From positions 1,060,757 through 1,124,756 of the forward strand of contig JAAOMT010000134.1 of the NCBI GenBank assembly GCA_016748015.1: a DNA stretch of 64,000 nt, written 5' to 3'. The notes under the pieces are model-generated. The model searched no databases, was not told where the DNA came from, and worked only from the letters and a program-made list of their open reading frames with translations. Both the position numbers and the translations under genes were made by a program. Positions 14,535 through 28,424 of this stretch are shown here, piece after piece (the stretch's first letter is position 1; the number at the start of each line of letters is the position of its first letter). This DNA comes from Geosiphon pyriformis uo1. Lineage: Eukaryota > Fungi > Glomeromycota.

Positions 14535-15313
14535 TTTTCACCAATTATAGCTTTAGCAGATAAATGAATCAATTTCCGAAAAAAGTGATTTTCAAGACTT
14601 CTTTTCGTAAAAATAACATTTACTCTGGGAATTATAAGCTAAAAGTTATATGTGTAAATTATATGATTTCAAAAAATTTGAAACGGTTTTTAGCTCGTGG
14701 ATTTCAGCTAGATTTGGAGAGTGTCGCACAAAAAATATTTATATTAAAGAATCGAATAATCTAGACTATAAAATTATTGTTCCATCATTTTCTATACTTG
14801 GAAGTCTGACCTTCATGTGATTTCATGGTGATTATATTTAGCGTGATTTATAATAGTGATGAGGCCTTTAAATTACTATATATAATATACAATGAAGACG
14901 CCAGCTGGCATATTGATCTTAAAAGAGATAATGAGAAACATTATTGTAATTAGTCTATAAATTTTCAACCGTCTAACTTTGGTTAAATGCCCCTTAAAAT
15001 TTGACCGAATTATTCATCACGGATTGTGATTCAACGGTCGGCCTTTAACTGTTCAAGCTTATCATCAAACGTTCAATAGCATATATCAGGTAAATTGTAG
15101 TATTTTGCAATCAAAAAAAGTCTTTCATTCTAGAAACAATCAGCAGGTGACGCCAATTGTCGCTCCTCGATGCAGATGTGGTGCTACCGAACATCTCGAA
15201 TGCAGTATATTTATTTGGAGCGATGGGAGTCAAGGTAATTTTATAACTTTCTTGAATTCCAGTGCCTCTTGATACGCCTTTTTTCACCTTCCAATTACTA
15301 AATTCTTGCACCA

Positions 15314-16255
15314 ATGATGATGACTATTCCAGTCGAGTATTTATCCCCATTAAAGAAACCCTCAATGGTGAAAAAACACTTGACAGAGAAGGAATTAAAT
15401 ACAAATCTCACAAAAATCTTTACAAAAATTGGTTGTCTGGATAAAGCAGGAGAGGTAAGCGTCTTTCTACCTTTGGAAGCTACCAAGTTAATGTTTTTAA
15501 GAACTGTTCTAATTTATTTCGAATAGGGTATTCGAGAGTTACACCAGCTCTTGCTGGATCACCCTGAGTGCGATGTGAAAGTTAATATGTTTCTCTCAAG
15601 TGCGGGCACTTTCTTTCAAAAATATATTCGCAATGCTTTAGCCGAAATAACCACAAATGAAATGCGAAAATGCGGGATGTTACCAAATGATCCCATAATA
15701 ACGCAACCAACTATATCGGTACCGGTTGCTATGAAAATATCTATCCCTAAAAGTCAAAACCTTGAAAGCAACAGCAAATCCCTCCAAAACTCTTCTGCAA
15801 CACCCCCATTAACCCCAATGACAAGTGAGTGACTTCTTAATTAGTAATTTCGTGAAATTAAACAATTTCGAGCCCTCCTAAAATAGCTTTTTATGACAGA
15901 GGCATTTACAGAAAGGTTTTCGAAAGAAACATTTGAACAGACACGTTCCCGCTTACATTCTATCTTTCAATATGAAGAATATAAGGTTAGTTTTGGACTT
16001 TAAATTAAATTTTTAACATTTCAATATTCTGATGAGGGATAAATATTTTAGTCCGGTCAAAAACGTTCAAGTCTCCCAAACCTTGATATGTTGGCTAACG
16101 ACACTGAACGATTGGAATACGTAAAAAATATCATACGATCATCTAAATCACGGCGTTCTTCTTGGATGCATAGTTATCCAAACATAATGGGTCCATCGCA
16201 AAAATCGCGTCCGGTTTCAATATCCAAACGGAAAATTGAACCTGTTTCCTCATGA
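15314..16255 (+). CDS. Short protein (~240 aa) with an XMAP215/ch-TOG (Alp14/CKAP5) C-terminal helical domain and no TOG domains. Exons 15314-15454, 15527-15824, 15900-15985, 16052-16255; upstream exons possible at ~15030-15234
   Basis: Spliced LTKIFTKIG..KAGEGIRELHQ..HPE..KVNMFLSSAGTFFQKYIRNAL resembles the ch-TOG tail pattern L..IF.KIG....EG..ELY...FL.....FFQ.Y..R.L. SRLHSIFQY follows downstream. Confidence 0.65.
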
Positions 16256-16702
16256 ATTTTATCCCTCGCTATTCATTCTCTTGATATCACCTCACCTGAC
16301 GGAAATGACTTGTCTTTTATGCATCCGACTTTCCACGATCGAACATTTGAAATTTTCAAGTAGATATTTTCTTGTTTAGATAAATTATGTTATTTTATTC
16401 ATTATATATTTGTAAAATTTAGATAAAGGATAGATTATGGTTAGGATGGGAATCCGGGCTGCTTAAATTAGAAAGGATTTCATTCACCCTGCCTACCATG
16501 GGGTCTTTACATCCGTTTGTAAATATTGTAAAACAAGAACATTTCATCAATTTAATATTACCCAAACATTTTGATAATTCTGTACTTACCATTTTTTGTA
16601 TTATTCTACAGTTGAAATTGCCCAGATTTGAAAGCACATTGTTTCTATTTCCATTTTCTTAACTGTATTCTTGAAAAGATGGATTATGAATATCTAAATT
16701 TC

Positions 16703-19262
16703 TTAGTTACCAACGTTTTCATTCTTTAAACTTGAGCGTCCAGCACGCATCATTTCATCGACTAGCAGAAGATTGCTCGCAATGATAGAACTTTCAATCG
16801 TAACAATTAAGTATAAAGAAATATGAAAATGAGCGAGATATTAAAATATTCGGTAGATAAAAGTTCGAAACTTAAACCTACCAGGAGTGAAGCATATGTC
16901 GAATAACTCTGTAATTGTCCCATATGCCTTCGAGCACTGGATTAAGCGGCTCTCCAGTGTTGAGATCAACCCCAACTATATGTCCTTCTGCGTATTCCTC
17001 CTGATAAAAATGGTCAAATTATTTTCAGTGAGACACATGGCATGGAATTAACTGAAATTTTCTCTACCTGTAATCCCACAATTGTATCTTGAGCGTCAAA
17101 CCCGCCATTTTGAGCCAAAACTTTTGGAATAATTAACATGGCTTCCGCAAAAGCCTGGACCCCCATTTTTGCACGCCCTTTTACTGAATCTTTATATTCT
17201 AAGAGGTGGGCAGCGAGGCCAATTTGAAAGGCACCCGCCCCAGGAACTACACTAGCGTCCTCTATTGCGTTCTTAACCGCTCTAAGACCATCTCTTACAG
17301 CATCGTTAATTTGTGCAATCGTGTAAGAATTGGGTCCTAAATTCAAATATTGGAGGTTATGGCATTTAGAAAATGACTAATTGTGCAAAATATATAAGAG
17401 ATTAAATTTTATGGGAACATCACACACCCTTCATCAGTATGGTAACCGACTTTGGATCCTTGACATCTTCAACGAATGTGTATTTCTCTTCTCCTAGTGT
17501 ATGTTCATATATGAGGCCAGCATGGCCAAGTACTTGAGGAGTTAAGTCATCCACAGAATTTTGAGCGATTCCACCACAAACAAGTTGCAATCTCAATTTT
17601 TGAAAATATTAATCGAAAAGTTTGTCAAATAAATTTGATGATAAACTTCCAAACATATTTTCCGAAAATTACCTTTCCATATTTCTTCTCTTAGCTCTTC
17701 GAAGCGCCAGAATACCATTTTTGCAAAGAATATCCAAAGATAAAGGGTCTATGCCCTTTTGATTAATTACGACGAATCCCTTTTTTGAATTACCAACTAT
17801 TTCATTTTTAAGTTCCACAATTTTTCGAACTTTTTCATCAGTAAACTTGCGCTCAGATTGGACCAGCTTTTCTCGTTGCTCTGCTGATGAATAAAAGAAT
17901 CCAGAGTTGATTTCACTAGAGATAATTTTTGGTTTAGAATTTTCAATAAAATATCTAATTTCTTTTCGTAGCCGCACTGTTGAAATAATTTGGTACACTA
18001 TTACCTCTTCTCATATTCCAATGATACATTCAAAGTTAGTATGTAAGCATCTTCAACGCGTTTTGGCATGTCAGGATGACGCGCACCATGATCCAACACC
18101 AATCCTCGAATTAAGCGTGAATCGGTGGCGCTTTTATGTTGCATTTTCATGATTTCCACCATGTGTAAATCAATAGGTTGGTCATCCCGCTTGATAGCAA
18201 GAACTGCGTCAACCACAGCCTCTGTCAAAGCATCGGCAAGAGTAGTATGTACTTTGGTGCGCAAAGAAGTACGCGCCACATTTATTAAGAGTTCTCGGTC
18301 AATAGGCCTCTGAACTTTAAACTGGTCAAGGAACTTGAGAATAAAATTGGTTTAGAATATATTAAAAAAAAGGAGAAAAGTAAATTATCCCATTAAAAAG
18401 TCTACCTTCAATGCTTCCTTCCTAGATAAATCAAACCCTTCTGTGACGATTCTAGGATGCAATCCTTCACCAATGTATCGCTCAGCCTGTTTCATCAATT
18501 CACCAACCAACAATACAATAGATGTTGTGCCATCCCCAGTAATTTCATCTTGTGCGGTGGCGGCACGGGCTATCATTACAGCAGTTGGATTTTGGATTTG
18601 CTTTTGTTTTAAAGGAGTAGAAAAGAATTTACCGAAATCAAAGAAAATTACTACATATCCCAAACAGAATGAATTACCATCTCAGTTAGTAGGACTTTCC
18701 CATCTTTAGTTAGCTTGATATTTCCCGCCCCATCAACCAACCTGAAGGAAAATTTAGAATGAATAAATTTCCCCAAATCAAAAAAATTATGATCACACAC
18801 CAAAATGTTGAAAATGAATTAAGGAGACATATAGGTCAAGGTATGTGTTTAATACAATGATCAAGATTTGACGAATAATTTTTTTTTATTCAATTTCATT
18901 TTAGAATAATACAAAATAAAAATTATATATATATTTTTAATGATCAATTTTAAAATATTGTTGAAATTAGATTAGGTTGTAGTTTTATATGTATATGTAG
19001 AAAATGACTAATTCTTAAAGAAACTCACATTTTAATGGTGCCTTTTGGACCAAGGTTGGATTTCAAAACACTATGCAAGCCCACTGCAGCGCTTATGTTG
19101 AGCTGAAGTGCTTGTCCACGTCGGGCAACTTCCGAATTGGGGTTTATTAGCTGAACGGCGGCAGAAGACCTGTAAAGAAATATAGGAGGTTTAGGAAAAC
19201 AAGGCCTTTCAACAGAATAAAACTCTAAAACGTTTAAAACGTTCTGGACTGTGATCTCACAT
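16703..19262 (-). CDS. CCT6: T-complex protein 1 subunit zeta (chaperonin CCT6), multi-exon
   Basis: [93 protein letters not shown]. Stop at 16703-16705. Confidence 0.97.
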
Positions 19263-19429
19263 TGTTTAAAACACAAATGAATATTGGGGAAAAAGGAAAA
19301 TAAACTGAACTACTCAGTTAGCTGTAAAAAAGCCTATAAAAAAAGAGGCCTGTAGCAGCTGCACAATCTTGTCTTTATTAAGTGCGTCATTGACAATGTT
19401 AGAGTGGCTTGCCTCAAAATATAAATTAT

Positions 19430-20040
19430 TGATTAAATTTTATAATTTGTGAAATGTTTTGTTTTACATAATTATTTAAAAGTTTTATTAATCAAAATAT
19501 CCAATTAAAAATAAGGTTAACTTATTACTTTGCCAAAACATTATAAAAAATTAAATTAAATTAAATTAAATTAAGCTTTTTATTTTTTTTATTTTTTATA
19601 ATTATAACTAAAACAAAAAGTAAAAAAAAAAACAATTATTATTTTTTTTTTTGTTTTTAAAAATAAATTACTTAAAAGGTTTTTTTAATTATAAAAACAG
19701 TTAAACAATACATTATAAAAATCATTTTTTAATAAAACAGTTATTAATTTGTTTAAAATTACTTTTTTGTTTTTATCAAAAAAAAATTTTTGTGCAATTT
19801 TTTTTAAAGTAATTTAAACTAGTTTTATTATTAATACTATTATTATAAAAAGTTAACAATTTTTTTAAAAAACCAAAATAACAAAAACAATTTTTTTTGG
19901 AATAAAACTTTAATTTATTTTTTTAATAAATTAATTCTATATTTTAGTTTTGTATTTTTTATTAAACAACTTTTAATATTATAATATTAATGTGTTTTTT
20001 AACAAATTAATTTAATAACAACACAAATAATAATAATAAC

Positions 20041-20073
<33 letters not shown>

Positions 20074-21170
20074 AAAATAAAATAAAATAAATATTTTATT
20101 AATAGTTATAATTAAAAATTATTGGTTTAATATAGTAGAAATTAGTAATTTATAATATTTATTGTTTTAAAAACTATTTAAATAAAGTAAATATTAATAA
20201 TAATAAGTATAATTTATGAGTTTTTTTTAATAATAAAATAGTTTTTATTATAATGATTAGATAATTAAAGTTTAGATTAATTTTAAATTGTTAAATTATT
20301 AAATACTTTTTTTCTTTTATTTTATATTTTTATTTTTATGATACAAAATATCTTAACATTTTAGTATTTTTTAATTATTTTTTAATTATTTTTTAATTTT
20401 TTTAAAGTTTTTAGTATTTTTAATATTTAAAATTTTTTTATTTATTTTTAAAATTTTTAGTATTCTATTTATTATGTTATTTTATTAATGCTAATATTTT
20501 AATTAATTAATTTTTATATTACATTTTATTTTGTAATTTTTTATTTTAAATAATATTTTTTTTAAAATTAAGTTTTATTAAAACTCAAAAAAAAAATTGT
20601 AATAATTTTTATTGTTTTTTTTATTATAATGTTGTTTATTTATTTTTAAGTTTTTTAAATTATTAGTTTGTTATTTTTTTATTTAATTAACTATTAATAT
20701 TTTTATTATTAAATATAATAATATTTATTATATTTTAAAAAATTATATATAATTAATAAATAGTTTTAAAATATATTATTAAATTGTGTTTTTTAATAAA
20801 TTGTTTTATTTTATGTATTATTGTTTTATTAAATATTTATTTAAAGTTATTTAAATATTAATTATTATTTTAAATTATAATAATAATTAAATTAAAAAAA
20901 CTTTTTTCTTTTTTATATCTATAATTTACCAAAGAGTATATTTATTAAAAAAAAGTTTTTAACTATTTAATATAATAAATTCAAATCTTTTTTGCCTAAT
21001 TATAAGGTTATTATTAATTTTAATATTACTATTATAAAGAAATTTATCAAGAATTTTGGCTTTAACAGTAATAATAACCATTTTTTTTTAAAAGAAAAAA
21101 AAAGATAATACTTTGAAAAACAGTATTAGTAATAAAATAATTTTTAATAGAGATTTAAGTAATTACTTTT
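19430..21170. other. Extremely AT-rich tract upstream of CCT6
   Basis: Nearly pure A/T, no ORFs in the track. Confidence 0.6.
20026..20070. repeat. (AAT)n microsatellite
   Basis: Run of aat units with occasional aac. Confidence 0.9.
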
Positions 21171-21304
21171 ATTTTTTATTTTTTTCTTTTAATGAGTGAA
21201 ATCCAAATGTGGCCTAGTACTATACATCACATATATGATCTAAACTAGGTGTGAATCATGTATTTGCTACATGTAACCAGCCACTCAGGTCAATCAAGAC
21301 AACA

Positions 21305-24300
21305 CTAAGCATTTATATGAACAGAGATCATGTCCCTAATACCTGAGAAAAACAGACAAGACTTATGAAACCTAAAACTAATACCAAATGCATCAGCAAC
21401 ACCCAATAACCTAATCACACCAGCTGATAACACTACTGAAAGACCAAAAACTTTAGAGTTCTTGAGCATGATGCCCATGCTGACACATATACTTTCATTA
21501 AGTGGGTGTGATTAGCAGCATCAAAGAAGCAAGAAAAAACATGGTCCGAGACTTCGACATCTCCACAGAACAAACACATCACACTAGAATAATGCTTATT
21601 ATAAAGTCGCTTATGTATTGCAATAGGGAGATGGTAATACAATGCCTTTATAAAGTACGAACAGAAGCTAGCAGTGCATGCACTAGTAAAACCAGGAGCC
21701 AAGTAAGAATTGGGATGCCACACCAAAGAAGATCTGGACCAATCAACATTAGCACACAGGCTATCTGTTAGAATACAGAAACTGGAACCAACCTCCTAAC
21801 ATGAACAGTAAATAGATCAGAAAATATCACAAACAAAATGCTGAGAATTACCAAAGACAATTGCACCATCAGTTTGAAGAAATCATTCACTGACTATGTG
21901 AGATAGGTGCCTATTAGAGAAAGCAGCAGCCCTGGCTAGAGCATCAGCATGTTCATTGCCAAAAACACCAGAGTGATTTTTAACTTTAATCCAATTCACA
22001 TCTAAATTCTTGTGATGAATAACATTAACAATATGGCAATGCTTAACCCAGCACCAATTCCTAAAATCCAGATAAGCCAACACAGACTCTGATTTGTATG
22101 CATCCAGAGCAGCCTGGCTGTCCGAAAACAAATCGACAAAACAGGAAGAAGGAATACACTCAAGAGCCAGCACAATGGCCTGTAACTCTGTTATTGTAAA
22201 AGAAACCAAACTAGAAATTCCAACACCCAGGCCCAAATCAATGTCCTTAAAAAAAACAGCAGCACTAGCCATCATATCAGGAGTTTCCAGACCACTCAGA
22301 GATCTATCCGTATACACAGAAAGACAAGCAGTATTAACATACAACAAATTAATGCTAATGACATCAAAATCATAAGATCAAAGAACATTGGAAGAGACAT
22401 CCAAAGGTAAAGAACAAACAGAAGGAGAAGTTACATCACTAAGAAAACAAACCAAAAGCTCAAACCAGACTGGAACAGGGCCATGAAAGTCCAGTTGCTT
22501 CTACCACTTGAAGGTCAGCCAACCAAAAATATTACCATGTTTGTCACATAGCTGGTCTACAAAAGCAACCCTATACCACTGAAGAAAGAAAACATACTTA
22601 AAATAACCAGATTCTTTAAGAACAAAAGACATAGGAATACCACTCCAATAACAAAACGCACTTGTCAGAGAGCTGCCTAAGAACAAATTACATCTAGCAA
22701 AAATGTGGATCATACCAGCCAAAAAATTGTCAGAGAGGTTGACTCTAATACGAGCTGGAAGCTACAAAGGGTGGCGAAAACACCAGCTAAGAATCTGAAG
22801 ATTATGTGACCTATGAAAAAATAACCGACCTAAAATACCCAATGAATTCGTAAAAAAAACAATGGAAGCTGATTTGCTCTTAGCCTGAATCTGTTCAAAA
22901 GTTTTTAAATTATACAAAGAGAGATGATAAATTGCATTAGTAGAGAAATTACATAAGAGACCAAACTTGGACTTCAAGCTTCTACAAATCATAGTATCCT
23001 ATTTATTACAAACACTAATAAGAACAAAACTGAATTGGGTTCTGTAATTGACAATAGGAAAAAGAACTACCAACACCAAATCCACAAACTGCTTATCTGA
23101 AATCACTTTCCTTAGAACAAGATTAACAAAAAACTGAACATCCGAGTGTGCTTTTGCTATGTTAGGTTTTGACAGTCCCTTAGAAGACAAAAAAATGCCC
23201 AAATAACAATGAGGTTTCTTCTTTTTTGTGACAGAAATAGGCAAACCACTAACAGTCAAATGAGGGTTAAAAACCCAGCAGTTGATGAAGATGGCCACAG
23301 TCTTGTTATTGTTTATAGAAATATTATTAAACCTAAAAAATTCACTAGCAACATTGAAGATGTGTTGTGTAGCAGTCTGACTACTACCAACCCAAATTGT
23401 ATCATTGATGAAAGCACCAACAACAAAAAATGATGTCAACTCTGTCTGAGATTTCACTCAGCCCAACTTGGAAACAAAATGAGAATTCAGTTTATAACCA
23501 CACACACTCTCTTGTTTTTTGACTTCACATAGAAGCAAATCATAGAATATATGCCAAAGAAGAAGCGAAAACACTTTCTCCTAGTCCAAACCATCATGAA
23601 CACAATACTCATCAGTTAAGCCAAAGTCTGTCATCACTCTGTTAACTCGATTATTGTAAATATTACCAAAAAATCTAATAAACCTGTCACACATCTTGAT
23701 TCTAACCAAACTCCTCCTGAGATGTTTCCAACTAACAGAGTTATAGGCCTTATGTATGTCTTGCAAAACCAGCTACAGTTCACGGTTTTTTTCCAATACA
23801 TTCTCAATCACAGAACTGATGGCAAAAATAGGTGATTGTGTTATCGTACTCTTTAATACAGAAAAATTGTCCCCACGCAAAACATCATAAGTACTGCAAG
23901 CTGAAGAAATCCTGTCTGAAAGAATTTTGGAAAGGATTTTGTAAGCTGTCTCAATCAACACAATAAGACAAGTATTCATAAGAACACCTTCCCACTCATA
24001 TGGCTTAGGAATCATTGAAACCCAAGCTTCCCTCCAAGGTCCAAGCACTGATTTATGAGTTAGACACAAATTTAAGAGCACAGAAAGCATAGCCAAGACC
24101 GAGCCATTATAGTGTTTCTACAATTCATTAGAAATGCCAAAAAGTCCAGCTGCTTTATCATTAGACAGATTAGAGACCACTGCAAACAATTCATCAGAAC
24201 CAATCAGATCCATTACACCAGAAAATGCACCATCAAAAACATAATTCAAAGGCTGATATTGGTAAGTCCAATTACCAGAGATATCAGACACCACCCTGTG

Positions 24301-25715
24301 CTTCCTTGTCCAACCCTCCATAATCTTATCTACTTCAGACTTAACTAAATCAGGCTTCAAAACCAACTCATTATTTACAACCAAATAATCCAATACCCCT
24401 TATGAAAAAAACACTCCAGCACACTCCTAATAGTATGATCTTTATCCAATTCAAAACTCTCCATTTTACTAGTAATAACCTGTTTGACGCAAGTTTTTTC
24501 AGCACACTTGAATTTTAATAACTTGGAAGAACAGTAAAACTTTCATGCTTTTGCCAATCCAGAACAAATAGCATCAAAAGTAGAACCTGAAAGAAAAAGA
24601 GACTTCACTTCAGCTGTACCACCAGAGTCCAACCTATCCCATATACCCAGCAGCAAAACAAAATCATCACTTGAAACCAAACGAAAAGCTTTCACCAGTC
24701 TAAACACTAGCAATTCCAGTTTATGAAACTTAGAAGACACCTTGGTAAAAACACTGTTATAACTTTTGAACCATTTTCTCTTGAATGTCTCATCAGTTGA
24801 AGAACCCATGACCCCACAAACAATGTTCCACATTGCATCCAGATCCAAAGACCTCTTAGCCATCTTAAACATGCTTGAAAACATAGCAGCATGAGCAGCT
24901 ATGACATTTCTAAACTCACACCACTTTCTCTTATCAGCACCTTTGATGTCATATTTCCAATAATCTTTGTTTGTCTGCTTGCACAGCAATAACAGCTAGA
25001 CATCCAACAAACCACTTAGACCCACAGAAACAGAAACAGCTACATAATCAGTATCAAAATAGTCCACCACACCAGCCACATTGTAACCCACCATCACATT
25101 GACCAAATTCAAAGAAATAAAAACATAATCAATCATCTTAGCAATCCCATAAAAATTGCACCATATAGGTATCTTGGCAAAAACACTCCCAGCCAAAGAG
25201 TTGACCAGACCCAAATCAAAACACTTCTTGAAACTGGCACATTTGTGAGAACCATTCTCATTAAAGTCATTACCAAGAATGACAAAAGAAGATTTGTTTA
25301 CAGCCTTTGTGATAAAAGAGTTGATGTCACCAGCTTAAGAGAATCAAACCACTGAGGAAGCACCAGCATACAGCCCCAAAATTGACACAGAAAGTTTATT
25401 CTTAAAAAGCAACTTGACACAGAGGATCTGACCAGGCACCTCAGAAATCTTGTACACATAATAAGCTAAAAAAATGTCCATAATAATAGCTATGCCTAAA
25501 CCCAGATAACCAGAATTCACTCCAGAAGTGAAAACACAGACACTATCAAATCTGTTCATGATCTACGAATAGACTTTATCTTTTAATTTAGTCTTGGTAA
25601 CAATAGAAATCACATTGTTTATTTCCTTATACCAACAAACTATATCACTCTACTTCGCAGGATTATTCATTCTTCTGATGTTATACATAGCAATTTTCTA
25701 AATTAAACCAGTCAT
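21305..25715 (-). pseudogene. L2 ORF2 (APE endonuclease, reverse transcriptase, RNase H, Zn motif), interrupted
   Basis: IDYVF and DTDY (endonuclease); QDIHKAYNSV, AFINDT and YLGIF (RT); VYTDRS, ELQAI, FSDSQAA and KVKNHSG..GNEHADALA (RNase H); CLFC..SDHVFSC. Confidence 0.92.
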
Positions 25716-27688
25716 TGAGATGGAGGAGAAGCTGATGAACTCAAACCAGAACACAAAGAGTTCAATTTTGTCAAAACTGAACCAATTAATACCTCCAAAG
25801 CCATCATTTTTGATTTCAAACCACCCATTTTAGTGGTAAGAACCTTTGAACTGCTCAAACTCAGATTAAGAGTGGCATTTTCAATTAATGGGGAAGAATA
25901 TAGAGAAGGCGAAGGCACTACCATACTATCCATAGCCATATCCGAATTCAAAGCTGAGTTCATAGGAGAAGCAACAACAGGAGGGAAGATACAAGAAGAA
26001 GAAAAAATCGGCACCAATTCCACAAAGCTCAATTTTCTTAAAATTTCAAAGACTTGATCTGATAAAAGCTCCATGGAGCATTCCAAAGAAGCCATGCAGT
26101 CAGTCAAATCAGAATTATCGAAAGAGTCAGAAGTTACCACCAAAGGTTTCACACTTAAAGTTGAACCAGCACCAAAAAGAACCAATGAAAACTCATAAGA
26201 AGGTGAGCCACTAGCAATTTGTGCCCAAGTTTTTCTATCAAAAAATACCGGATAGGCAACTGGGGCTTGTTTTTTCTTAAAAATATTAGCCAAGCAAATC
26301 TGATCTTGAGAAGATACCACTCACTTATAACAAACCCTGGAATTCTTACTAATCAAACACACTTCAAAAATATGACCAAAATGTTTACATTTGGCACAAT
26401 GAGCCAAAGAAAGACCAGCCCAATGCAAATTCACATTTTTATAAACAGAAACAGAACCAATAGCTGCCAATTTGGATGCTTTGTCAGCAAAACACACAAC
26501 TACACATCTATCACATACATAAAAACTAGGGTTACAGCCAATAAAACAAGTTTTCTCACCATAAAAATTCACCAAACCTGACAAATTATAAGCTGTTGTA
26601 CCAACTGGAAGAGTATAAAGCAATGTCTGATGATGATCTCTGGCCATCCACAATTTCTTGTCATTTAATGCCAATACAACACGAACAGAATCTTTACCTA
26701 CAAGAACTGACTACTTAGAAGCAACCAGGCTAGCTATATCTGATGACTTAAATTCCACTAAGGCTTTCTGCCAAAGCCCAATTAGTTGCATCCTAATTGA
26801 AATCATCTGACCAAACTTAGAAAATACTGACTTAATTACTGATCTGGAAAGATCTATTGGAATCTCTTTGACAATCATCTCCCAATCTGAACAGCTGTTT
26901 ACCTTTTTCAGATCATTATTAACAATAATTTTCTCACAGATTGCCAATTCTTTTGCCTTTTTCATACTAAACTCAGATGTAAATGAAGCTCTGATAATTC
27001 CTGGGAATTTTGAGGGAGTTGATGCTCCCCCAAAACCATTAATTCGATAAACAATTTTTTTAATGGCAACCAACTTATCACTATTTGTTTTACCAGGCAT
27101 AGCAGACAACTTAACATCCAATGTGAACAATTTTACTGGCTCAAAGCTTCTTTTTTCCAGGACACATGACCCAGCAAATAGCAGCCAATTGGATCCAACA
27201 AATTTAGGTGCCAAAAGCACCAACTCATCATCATCGTCATTTACATTCACAAAAAAAGATACTTTTGGCAGCTGTCCCAAGACATAAGTCCTCATTTGCA
27301 TTTTCCTAGGAGTTGCATCATCCATTATGTCATTTGTCTTAAAAGTGTTGGAGTCAATATAACTCATTTCTTCAGTGACTGTGTTTTTCAAATTCTCTAC
27401 ATCTGACACTTCACTTACACTGCTTTTCTCACTCTTCATCTTACTGCCCCAAGATTTGTCATGCCCAATATCTGTATCATGTAACATTTCAGCAGACAAA
27501 AGCCCAGCCGATAAGTTCACAACATTACCAGAAGCTCTAGGTTTGCTTGGTTTTTTAAAAGAAAGACTGTGAAAGTAAATACTATCAACTTGTGCCTTTT
27601 TTTTGGTATTTTTATTAATACAACGGGACCTCAACCCAGCCAACAATGAACCAGAAACACCAGCAGGCACACCCACTGGTTTCATCAT
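25712..27688 (-). pseudogene. L2 ORF1 (RRM-like segments, CCHC knuckle, coiled-coil tail), interrupted by stops
   Basis: Track ORFs 26711-27730, 26321-26674 and 25712-26320. VIKSVFSKFGQMISI; CAKCKHFGHIFEVC. Confidence 0.85.
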
Positions 27689-28424
27689 GACAAAAGGAGG
27701 ATTGTTAGAAGAAATGACTTGAATGAACAAGGGGAAAAGGAATAAAGTACAGAGATTTCATCAAAAAATTTTTTTGCTCTTATAGTGGTCAGGGAATTGA
27801 TAAAAGAGAGATACTGGTTATTAAGTTTAAAAGTATAATTACTTTTGGGGCTCTAAAACTAGTAATATTATTAAATTCAATAATATTAATATAGAAGAGA
27901 AGTATTTGATAAAGAAAACTAGTGTTAATTATGATAAAAAAAATGCTTTTAAAGAGAAAAATTCTAATTAAATACCAAAAAATTTACAAGTAAAAACCAA
28001 AAAAGCTTTGAATACACTATTAAAAAAAATCAACTTTTTAAATAATAACAATGATAATGTTTTATTAGATACTTCATTATCTCTTTTTTTTTCTGAAAAA
28101 TTTGGTTAATATTTCTGTTAAAAAATTATTTATTTTGGATATTGGCTTGAATAATATTGTTAAGAAGTCTTCTTAAAATAAACTTATAATAGTTAAGAAA
28201 TTATTTTTAAAAATTAATGGTTTTGAAAAAACATTTACTCCTTTAAAATTTGCTGAAATTATTTATGCATTATTTATATCTGAATCAAGTTTGGCACAAA
28301 TAACAGAAAAGACAAAAGCTACAAATATTTTGGTAAACATTAATATTAAAAAATCTACTGGGTAATTAGATTGAATTGTAATAATAAAAAAATACTAATT
28401 GGTATATTTATTAAGATTGTATAT

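Larger units (their letters stand above)
21170..27750 (-). mobile_element. Near full-length degenerate LINE (L2) with RNase H
   Basis: ORF1 and ORF2 remnants in order, short 5' UTR, A-rich tail seen as T-runs at ~21170-21190. Confidence 0.95.

Noticed and set aside
17907-18709. Plus-strand ORFs opposite CCT6 and antisense ORFs opposite TE genes
   Set aside because: Antisense shadows of real coding sequence with no independent motifs.
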